Assembly (NCBI GenBank): GCA_900234795.1
Contig: LT962688.1
Location: forward strand, 2,250,001 to 2,282,000
Reading direction: 5' to 3'
Length of the DNA stretch: 32,000 nt
Origin: Methylorubrum extorquens
Lineage (GTDB): Bacteria; Pseudomonadota; Alphaproteobacteria; Rhizobiales; Beijerinckiaceae
Of this stretch, positions 24,301-31,706 are shown piece by piece (position 1 is the stretch's first letter; every line of letters starts with the position of its first letter). The translations under genes were made by a program, and so were the position numbers. The notes under the pieces were generated by a model, which saw only the letters and a list, made by a program, of their open reading frames with translations, did not search any database and had not been told where the DNA came from.

Positions 24301-25245
24301 ATGACCCGCAGGAACAGAGAGATCATCCACCGGGGACGCGACGGATGGCTGTTCCTGATCGGGGGCACCAACGGGGTGCTCCTGCAATACCGGCGCTCGC
24401 TCGCCGGGTGGTGGCATCTGCGCCGCTGGGCGCGGCTGATCGAGGCGCGTGCGGCCCGCGCCCAGGCGCTCGGAATCCGCTACATCCACACCATCGTGCC
24501 GGAAAAGCTCTCGGTCTACGACGACCGCACCCTCGACCTCGACTACGACGCGCGCCTGTCGCCGGCCCGGCGGCTCGCCCGGCGGCTCGACCGGATGAGC
24601 GGTTTCGTCGATCTCGTCGCGCCCCTGCGCGCCGCCCGCGACGGGGCGGAGCCGCTCTACCGCCGCACCGATTCGCACTGGACCTACGAGGGATGCCTGG
24701 TCGCGTGCCGGGCGCTGCTGCGGGCCTGCGGCGCCGTGGCGCCGCCCGACATCGCCGACAGGCCGCGCTTTCCCCATGACGGGTTGTGGGATCTCGGCGA
24801 CAAGCTGCCCGACCGGCCGCGGGAGACGGTGGTGAACTGGGCGGTGCATCGCGATGCGTCCCGCGCCTATGCGAGCCCGCTCGTCGAGTCCTACGAGGCG
24901 GAGGGCCGTGCGGGCGACCTCCATGTCGGCGCCCACGTCATCTACCGGAACCCCTCCCCCCAGGCGGACCCGCGCACCCTGGTGCTGTTCGGTGATTCCT
25001 ACGCGCATTTCGCGCCGATCATGCTGACCAGCTTCCTCGCCGAGACGTTCCGCGAGATGCACTTCGTCTGGTCGTCCAGCATCGACTGGGGTTACGTCGA
25101 GCGCGTGCGCCCCGACATCCTGATGTTCGAGATGGCCGAACGCTTCCTCGTCCGCATCCCGAGCGACGATTTCGACGTCGCGGCCTACGAGAAGCCGGGG
25201 ATGCAGAAGCCGGCGCGTCAGGCGGAGATGGCACCGCTGGTCTGA
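24301..25245 (+). CDS. AlgJ/AlgX-like (DHHW-type SGNH-like) protein, a putative polysaccharide O-acetyltransferase-related enzyme
   Basis: 314 aa with GRDGWLFL near the N-terminus, IHTIVPEKLSVY, RRTDSHWT and VLFGDSYA. The opposite-strand ORF 24142..25290 is Arg/Pro-rich and was rejected. Confidence 0.55.
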   Translation: MTRRNREIIHRGRDGWLFLIGGTNGVLLQYRRSLAGWWHLRRWARLIEARAARAQALGIRYIHTIVPEKLSVYDDRTLDLDYDARLSPARRLARRLDRMSGFVDLVAPLRAARDGAEPLYRRTDSHWTYEGCLVACRALLRACGAVAPPDIADRPRFPHDGLWDLGDKLPDRPRETVVNWAVHRDASRAYASPLVESYEAEGRAGDLHVGAHVIYRNPSPQADPRTLVLFGDSYAHFAPIMLTSFLAETFREMHFVWSSSIDWGYVERVRPDILMFEMAERFLVRIPSDDFDVAAYEKPGMQKPARQAEMAPLV

Positions 25246-25252
25246 CGCGAAC

Positions 25253-25277
25253 GGCGCCCCTCGAACCGAGGAGCGCC
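25253..25277. terminator. Hairpin between convergent genes with no U-tract; a possible bidirectional terminator
   Basis: GGCGCCCCTCG-aac-CGAGGAGCGCC forms an 11-bp stem with one mismatch. Confidence 0.3.
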
Positions 25278-25302
25278 GCCGATTGCTCAACCATTGAAGC
25301 GC

Positions 25303-25629
25303 TTAGCGCGAGCAGACCCGCTGGCGGGCCGGGCCGCCGCCGCCGGCTTGGTAGCTCTTCGCGTGGCCAATCGAGCCCGTCATGTCCTGGGTCGGATTAC
25401 CGCCGCCCCGCTTCACCACGATGTCGCAATAGCCCGACCGGCTGCCTGCCGCGAGCGGGAGCGCGCCAAAGCCGCCATTGGCGATGAGGGAGGGCGCCGG
25501 CGGTACGACCTGCGACGGCAGCGCGGTCCAAGTTCCCTTCTTCGGCCGGGCCGACTGCGCCGCGACCGGCGTCACCGAGGTCGCGAACGTAAGCAGGAGG
25601 ACGGATGCGTATGATGCAAAGCGCAGCAT
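25303..25629 (-). CDS. Small secreted hypothetical protein (108 aa, Gly-rich, two Cys)
   Basis: A strong SD (GAGGAG, 6-nt spacer) precedes the ATG at 25629. The signal peptide is MLRFASYASVLLLTFATSVTPVAAQS. I recognise no family. Confidence 0.6.
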   Translation of the reverse strand: MLRFASYASVLLLTFATSVTPVAAQSARPKKGTWTALPSQVVPPAPSLIANGGFGALPLAAGSRSGYCDIVVKRGGGNPTQDMTGSIGHAKSYQAGGGGPARQRVCSR

Positions 25630-25630
25630 T

Positions 25631-25800
25631 GTGTGCTCCTCTCGTGTTCAATTGCCGCTTAATTTCCAAGCAAGAGCACACGTAACATGCAAATCCGGCA
25701 ATCAAAGTGTGTAAAAGCACAATAATGCGATAAATTTTAATCCGTAGAAATATATTTTAATCTTCCAGGATTAAAACCATTACTCGCCCGTACTATACAG
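25631..25800 (-). promoter_or_regulatory. AT-rich promoter/regulatory island upstream of the small secreted-protein gene
   Basis: By hand count, G+C is about 39% over 25631-25800 and about 26% over 25701-25780, against about 70% in the flanks. It contains the inverted repeat TTTTAATCC (25735-25743) / GGATTAAAA (25768-25776) and a direct copy TTTTAATC (25755-25762). Confidence 0.55.
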
Positions 25801-25997
25801 GTGTCAGCGAGTGTCGCGGGCCTTACGCGCTCGCGCCCGATGGCGCGATGGCTGCTGGCGCCTCATCGGCGGAGGCGCGCGAAATCGGGCCGCATTCGTT
25901 GAGCCGGATATGCAGCCCGTGCGTGTGAAATGGTGTGCCGCTCCGCCGTCCCGTCTCAACGGCGGCGGTTGCCGGGGATCACCGGAAGACGAAGACG

Positions 25998-26028
25998 AGA
26001 AAAGCCGCGTTCCCGTCGGGAACGCGGC
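25998..26028 (-). terminator. Intrinsic terminator of the PodJ-like gene
   Basis: A perfect 11-bp stem, GCCGCGTTCCC/GGGAACGCGGC, with a 3-nt loop (26004-26028). On the minus strand it is followed by TTTTCTC. It lies about 50 nt after the stop at 26080. Confidence 0.8.
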
Positions 26029-26079
26029 CTGTTTTCAAAGCCGAAATGCCATGCCGGCCGTCGTCGGCTTGGGTGCCTC

Positions 26080-29000
26080 TCAGACCCCGAAGCGCTTCTG
26101 CGCCGATGGGGAGGCGGCGATCGGCATGCCCGGCGACGGCGCGCCCATCAGGGACATTCCCGCTGCGGCGGTGGCCTTCTGGGACGGGGCCTCGTTCGCG
26201 GCCGGATCGACGGCCTTCGCCTTGAAGCTCCCAGCGAGGTTCCTGGCTTCGGTGAGATCCTTCGGCGAGAGCTTGGCGGCGACCTCGTCCCGCTTGCGGC
26301 CCGCTTCCTGGTCCCCCTGCGTGGCAGCGGCCGAGAACCAGAGATAGGACTGGACGAGATCCTGCCCGACGCCGAGGCCGCGGGCGTAGAGCACGGCCAG
26401 GTTGTACTGGCTGTCGCGCACGCCGTGTTCCGCCGCCCGGCGGAAGGCGTTCGCGGCGGTCACGAAATCCGCCTTGCCGTTGGCCGCCGGGTTCTCGGCA
26501 TGCAGCACGGCGAGGTTGTGCATCGCGCGGATATTGCCCTGATCCGCCGCGCGGCCGTACCAGGCCTTCGCCTTCTCGATGTCCCGGACCACGCCCGAGC
26601 CCTTCTCGTAGGCGTTGCCGACCTTGAACTGAGCCGGCGCGTAGCCGGCATTCGCGAGCCGCTCGTAGAGCTTGGCGGCGACCGCGAGGTCGCGCGTCAC
26701 GCCCCGGCCTTCGGCCTCGCGAGAGGCGATCTCCCAGACCGCGGCGCCGTCGCCGTCGAGCGCATCCTGCTTGAGCTTGGCCAGGGCCGGCGGCAGGCCG
26801 GCGAGGTCGGGGACGAGCGTGCTCATGCCCGCGACCTGGGGCAGCCCGCGCTTGGCCGGCGCGGATTTCGGCTCGGCGATGGATTGGGTGGTCGCCGGGT
26901 CGGGCGTCGTCTGGGCGGATGTACCGGTCTGGGGAGACGTCTCGGACGGAGCCTGGGCCTGCGACGCCGCTGCCTGAACGGGCTCGGCCGTGGTCTCGGT
27001 ACGGCTCGCGGCGGCGTCGGTGGAGGCCGCCGGGGCGGTGCTCGCCACCGGACGGGCCTCCGGCACGGCCGGGTCGCCAGTCGGAGTTCCCGTTGGATTT
27101 CCCTTGCCCGCGACGAAGGCTTGGTAGGCGCCGAGCGCCAGCACCACGGCCGCGAGGCCGAGCAGGAGCGTGCGGCGGCGGCTGTCGAGGGCACCGCGGA
27201 TCCGCGAAAGGGGCGTCGTCTCCGCGCCCGGCATGCGGGCCGGAGCGACCTTGTCGCGCAGCCGCGCCGTCAGCGGCGCCTCGGTGGCCGATTCGGCCTG
27301 CGCGGCCTGCGCCGCGCGCCGCGCGGCGGCGATGAAGCTGGTCTTGATGTCGGCGCCGCCGGTCGCGGCGGGGCTCGCCTCCGGCGCGGCCGGGCGGCCG
27401 GATCCGGGCCGGCCGGCACCGGGCTCCAGCAACTCGTCGGACAGGCGGCTCGCCTCCGTCCCACCGGCCTCGTCGGAGGTTGCGGTGCGGTTCGGGCGGG
27501 CAAGGTTCTGGGACGACGGCTCGGATGACGGCTTGGCAGCCGTCTTCGGGGCGGCGGGGCGCTCGTGCGAGACGCGCTCGGCCGAGGACAGCACGACGGG
27601 CGCGCGCTCCTGCGGGGCGGCGGCGGTGAGGGCCGCGGACGAGGTCATGGTGCGGTCGAGCTGCTCGCTCAGCCGCATCAGCACCGACTGGACGCCTTCC
27701 ATCGTCGATTGGAGGCGCTGGTCCGCGCCCTTCTGGTTGGCCCGCATCTCGGCGAGATCGGCCCGCAGCAGCTCGAAACCACCGCCGGCCGCGAGCGGGG
27801 CGGCCGAGCCCGCCACGGCCTCACGGACCGCCTGCGCGACGGTGGCCTCCAGATCGGTTCCGTTGCGCAGGGCCGTGACCTGGGCGAGCAGGTCGCCCAT
27901 GGAGCGCTCGAGGCGTGCCACGGCCGGATCGGTGTCGCGCGGCGCTTCGAGCCGGCTCGCCAGGGCGAGGACGTGGCGTTCCAGGGCATCGAGCCCGCTG
28001 CCGCCCGCGCTGACGCGATCGACTTTTTCGGCCACGCCTTCGAGCCGCTCGATCAGCTCGCCGACCGAGCCGGACTCCGTGCCGTCGAGCCGCTGCGCGA
28101 GCGCCTCGAAACGTCCGAGAAGCGCGCCGGGAAGCTCGCGGGAGGAATCGGGCGCCTTCAGCTCGCCGCGGATCTCTTCCAGCAGCGGCTTGAGGGTGGC
28201 GATGCCCGCATCCTCGTCCCGCTGGAGCTGGGTGATCTGGGCGCTGATCGCCTGCACGCCCTGGGCGAGGCTCTGGATGCGCTCCGGCCCTGCCAGGGAC
28301 GCCACGAGGCGGCGGATCTCGTCGAGTTCGCGGAACACGCCGTCGAGGGCGCTCTGGTCGGCGGGGCCGGACAAGACGCCGGAGAGAACGGCATCGACCT
28401 TTCCGGCCAAGCGCTCGACCTCACCCGCGATGCGGGCATGGACGTTGTCCGCCACGTCTTCGGCGATCCGCTCCACTTGGAGGCGCATCAGCTCGACCGG
28501 TGCGGCGATGGCGGCGAGTTCCTGCGGCGCGCGCGCCCGCTGAAGGTCGCTGGCGACGGCCTGCATGGTCCGCTCCAGCTCGCTGACGTCGCGGCCGGTG
28601 GCGAGGCTGCCGAGCGCGTCGCGCAGCCGGTTCGTCTCGCGTTGCAGTTCGGCGATGGCCGGGGACGGCTCCTGGCCGGAGCCTTCCTCGGCCGGCGTCA
28701 CCGCAAGTGCGGCCGGGCCATCCTGCGGCCCGTCCTTCAATTCTCCCGCGCTAGCGGCGTTCCACTCGGCGATGCCCTCTTCCAGCTCGCGCTGGCGGCG
28801 GCGCACCTCGGCGACGGCATCGCGGACCTCGGTGGCGAGCGGACGCCCGCGCCGACCCAGCGGGCGGGGCGTGTCGAGCTGGCCGGCGATCTCGCCCATC
28901 TTGCGTTCGATGTCGGCGATGCGTCCGGCGATCATTTCCGGTGCGACCGGCTGGCGGGCCGTGGTCAACCGCGCCTCGATCTCGTCGATCATCCGGGCGG

Positions 29001-29418
29001 CATCGGCCTTGGAGGCCTCGCGCTCCTGGCTGATCGAGCGGTCGAGGGCATCGAGCCGCCGCATCATCGCGCCGAGCGAGGCTTCCAGCGATGCCGTTTC
29101 GGAAGCCTCGGCGGCCGAAGCGCCCTGAGTGGCTTCCCGGCGCTTGTGCTGCGGCCCGTCCTTGCGTGAGGCGGGTGCGGGCGCCTTCTCCGGCGCGCGG
29201 CCTCCGACCTGCCGGGCCGGCTCTGCGCTGGCCTCCCTGGCTTGGGGAACGGCATCCGCGCGCCGCCGCCGCCGCGGGCCCGGCTTCGACGGGTCGGGCG
29301 TCGCCACCGAGGCGATCCAGCTCTCCAGCGGCACCCCCGCTCGCCGGGCGACCTCGCGGGCAGCCGCGAGTACCTCCGGGTCGAAGCTGTCGAGGCTGAT
29401 CGGGGCAGTCTGTTTCAT
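26080..29418 (-). CDS. podJ: PodJ-like polar localisation factor with a cytoplasmic coiled-coil region, one TM segment, a Pro/Thr/Ala linker and periplasmic Sel1 repeats
   Basis: The N-terminus MKQTAPISLDSFDPEVLAAAREVARRAGVPLESWIA resembles PodJ N-termini. About 650 aa are Ala/Glu/Arg/Leu-rich and helical. The TM segment is LLLGLAAVVLALGAYQAFVAG. The C-terminal Sel1 repeats include AAKLYERLANAGYAPAQFKVGNAYEKGSGV.., AKAWYGRAADQGNIRAMHNLAVLH and RRAAEHGVRDSQYNLAVLYARGLGV. The start was chosen at 29418; the track extension to 29706 crosses the promoter region. Confidence 0.7.
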   Translation of the reverse strand: MKQTAPISLDSFDPEVLAAAREVARRAGVPLESWIASVATPDPSKPGPRRRRRADAVPQAREASAEPARQVGGRAPEKAPAPASRKDGPQHKRREATQGASAAEASETASLEASLGAMMRRLDALDRSISQEREASKADAARMIDEIEARLTTARQPVAPEMIAGRIADIERKMGEIAGQLDTPRPLGRRGRPLATEVRDAVAEVRRRQRELEEGIAEWNAASAGELKDGPQDGPAALAVTPAEEGSGQEPSPAIAELQRETNRLRDALGSLATGRDVSELERTMQAVASDLQRARAPQELAAIAAPVELMRLQVERIAEDVADNVHARIAGEVERLAGKVDAVLSGVLSGPADQSALDGVFRELDEIRRLVASLAGPERIQSLAQGVQAISAQITQLQRDEDAGIATLKPLLEEIRGELKAPDSSRELPGALLGRFEALAQRLDGTESGSVGELIERLEGVAEKVDRVSAGGSGLDALERHVLALASRLEAPRDTDPAVARLERSMGDLLAQVTALRNGTDLEATVAQAVREAVAGSAAPLAAGGGFELLRADLAEMRANQKGADQRLQSTMEGVQSVLMRLSEQLDRTMTSSAALTAAAPQERAPVVLSSAERVSHERPAAPKTAAKPSSEPSSQNLARPNRTATSDEAGGTEASRLSDELLEPGAGRPGSGRPAAPEASPAATGGADIKTSFIAAARRAAQAAQAESATEAPLTARLRDKVAPARMPGAETTPLSRIRGALDSRRRTLLLGLAAVVLALGAYQAFVAGKGNPTGTPTGDPAVPEARPVASTAPAASTDAAASRTETTAEPVQAAASQAQAPSETSPQTGTSAQTTPDPATTQSIAEPKSAPAKRGLPQVAGMSTLVPDLAGLPPALAKLKQDALDGDGAAVWEIASREAEGRGVTRDLAVAAKLYERLANAGYAPAQFKVGNAYEKGSGVVRDIEKAKAWYGRAADQGNIRAMHNLAVLHAENPAANGKADFVTAANAFRRAAEHGVRDSQYNLAVLYARGLGVGQDLVQSYLWFSAAATQGDQEAGRKRDEVAAKLSPKDLTEARNLAGSFKAKAVDPAANEAPSQKATAAAGMSLMGAPSPGMPIAASPSAQKRFGV

Positions 29419-29529
29419 CTCGCGGAGATCCGAAGTCGGCGGCTTCCGGTGCCCGGCGGACCATCGTTTCGCGCAAGGCGTGAAACGGCGGACTGCGGAT
29501 CGGACTGAAACGACCTTTTCCATTCTTGG

Positions 29530-29544
29530 TAAATGCTTGGTTAA
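29530..29544. promoter_or_regulatory. Near-consensus CtrA-type box (TAAA-N7-TTAA) within the direct repeat CTTGGTAAA/CTTGGTTAA
   Basis: The sequence TAAATGCTTGGTTAA lies 112-126 nt upstream of the PodJ-like ATG. It has one mismatch to TTAA-N7-TTAA. The 9-mers at 29525-29533 and 29536-29544 repeat with 11-bp periodicity. Confidence 0.3.
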
Positions 29545-29645
29545 GCGCGTGACCGAAGGGCCGCGCTTTTCCGGGACGGGCCGAATTGGTGGCGCGCGGG
29601 CCGCGCTGGGGACCGGCCCGGCCGGCTCTTGCGAAGCCGCCACGG

Positions 29646-29667
29646 GATAGTTTACATGTAAACTATC
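29646..29667. promoter_or_regulatory. Perfect 22-bp palindrome, a candidate operator for a dimeric repressor of the acyl-CoA dehydrogenase/thiolase operon
   Basis: GATAGTTTACA|TGTAAACTATC is AT-rich within GC-rich DNA. It lies 62-83 nt upstream of the ATG at 29729. Confidence 0.55.
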
Positions 29668-29728
29668 GAGGATCGGAGCCCGCCGAATCGGTGCGGACCA
29701 CCTCAAAAAGATGCGGGAGGCTGACGCG

Positions 29729-31520
29729 ATGCCGAGCTACCGGGCCCCGGTCGAGGACACCCTGTTCCTCCTCAACGACGTTCTCGCGATCCACCGCTAC
29801 GACAATCTCCCGGGCTTCGCCGACGCCTCCGCCGACTTGGCCCAGGCGGTGCTGAGCGAGGGCGGCAGGCTCGCGGGGGGAAGTGTTCGCGCCGCTGAAC
29901 CTGCCCGGCGACCGGGAGGGCTGCACCCGCCGGGAGGATGGCAGCGTCGTGACGCCGAAGGGCTTCAAGGCGGCCTACGACGCCTACGCCGCCGGCGGCT
30001 GGATGGGCCTGTCGATCCCCGAGGAGTTCGGCGGCCAGGGCCTGCCGCACGTGCTCAACACGGCGATGCAGGAATTCGTCTCCGGCGCCAACCTCGCCCT
30101 CAGCATGTATCCTGGCCTGACGCAGGGGGCGATCGCCGCGCTGCTCGTCCACGGCTCGCCCGAGCAGAAGGCGACCTACCTGCCCAAGATGGTTGAGGGC
30201 GCGTGGACCGGCACCATGAACCTCACCGAGCCGCATTGCGGCACGGATCTCGGCCTGCTGAAGACCAAGGCGGTTCCCAACGGCGACGGCTCCTACAGCC
30301 TCACCGGCACCAAGATCTTCATCTCGGCGGGTGAGCACGACCTGTCGGAGAACATCGTCCACCTCGTCATCGCCCGCATCGAGGGCGCGCCGTCGGGCAC
30401 CAAGGGCATCTCGCTGTTCGTGGTGCCGAAGTACCTCGTGAACGCGGATGGCTCCGTGGGCGAGCGCAACGCGGTGGCCTGCGGCTCGATCGAGCACAAG
30501 ATGGGCATTCACGCCAACTCCACCTGCGTGATGAACTACGACGGAGCGAAGGGCTGGCTCGTCGGCCAGGAGAATCGCGGTCTGGCCGCGATGTTCGTGA
30601 TGATGAACGAGGCCCGCCTCGCCGTTGGCGTCCAGGGGCTCGGCCAGTCCGAGGCCGCCTACCAGAACGCGGTCGCCTACGCGCAGGAGCGTCTCCAGGG
30701 CCGCTCGCTCACCGGCGCGAAGGCGCCGGACAAGGCCGCCGACCCGATCATCGTCCACCCGGACGTGCGCCGCACGCTGATGCAGATCCGCGCCTTCAAC
30801 GAGGCCGCGCGCGCGCTCATGCTCTGGACCGCCCTCAACTCCGACATCGCCCACCGCTCGCAGGATGCGGCCGAGCGGCAGGCGGCCGAGGACATGCTCG
30901 GCCTGATGACCCCTGTGGTGAAGGGCGTGCTGACCGACCGGGGCTTTGCCAACGCGGTCGAGGCGCAGCAGATGTTCGGCGGCCACGGCTATGTCGAGGA
31001 ATGGGGCATGTCGCAGTTCGTGCGCGATGCCCGCATCTCCATGATCTACGAGGGCGCCAACGGCATCCAGGCGATGGATCTGATCGGCCGCAAGCTGCCC
31101 AAGGATGGCGGCCGGGCGATGATGGCCTTCCTCACCGAGGTGCAGACCTTCATCAAGGACCACGGCGAGGACGAGGGGATGAAGCCCTTCGTGGCGCCGC
31201 TCCAGCCGGCGCTGAACGATCTCCAGGCCGCGGTGATGTGGTTGATGCAGAACGCCTTCTCGAAGCCCGACAATGCGGGCGCCGCCGCCACCGACCTGAT
31301 GCACCTGCTGGGGCAAGTCGTGCTGGGCTACATGTGGGCCAAGATCGCGCGGGCGGCGCTCGCCAAGAAGGTGGAGGGCGCCGACGTCGAGCGGATGGAT
31401 GCCAAGCTCGTGCTCGGCCGTTTCTTCATGGAGCGGATGCTGCCGGAAACGAGCCTTCGCCTCGCCCGGATCAAGGCCGGCGCCGAGACGACCATGGCGC
31501 TGCCCGCCGAGGCGTTCTAA
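29729..31520 (+). pseudogene. Long-type acyl-CoA dehydrogenase (~596 aa) interrupted by one extra G in a G6 run at 29875-29880; possibly a sequencing artefact
   Basis: The ATG at 29729 lies 8 nt after GGGAGG. The N-terminus MPSYRAPVEDTLFLLNDVL..SEGGRLAG is in ORF 29711..30196. The continuation (E)VFAPLNLPGDREGC..GWMGLSIPEEFGGQG..MNLTEPHCGTDLG..IEHKMGIH..FGGHGYVEEWGMSQFVRDARISMIYEGANGIQ is in ORF 29883..31520. Confidence 0.88.
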
Positions 31521-31627
31521 GCACGCGCGAGACTTGAGCCCTCCCCCGTCTCGGCGGCGGAGGGTGGGGCGAGGGGAAGCGCCGCACCCGGCAAGATCCA
31601 GGCAAGACCGGAGCCGGCCCCTCACCC

Positions 31628-31667
31628 GCCCGCCCAAGCGGGCACCCTCTCCCGCCGAGGGAGAGGG
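31628..31667. repeat. REP-like GC-rich hairpin pair between the acyl-CoA dehydrogenase and thiolase genes
   Basis: One hairpin is GCCCGC-ccaa-GCGGGC (31628-31643). The other is CCCTCTCCC-gccga-GGGAGAGGG (31645-31667). It resembles the CCCTCTCCC..GGGAGAGGG intergenic repeats common in Rhizobiales. A further CCCTCC..GGAGGG pairing lies at 31539-31564. Confidence 0.4.
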
Positions 31668-31706
31668 GTGATCCGCGGCAGCGATGAAGGACACGAGGAA
31701 GCGCAT

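Noticed and set aside
25930-29169. Two long + strand ORFs (25930..27528 and 27565..29169), plus 25811..26347
   Set aside because: They are antisense to the PodJ-like gene, or they run across its terminator. Their composition is Arg/Gly-rich low complexity. The minus-strand product has clear Sel1 repeats, a TM segment and a proper terminator.
29419-29706. 5' extension of the PodJ-like ORF to 1208 aa
   Set aside because: The extension would read through the AT-rich promoter region and the 22-bp palindrome. The conserved PodJ-type N-terminus starts at the Met at 29418.
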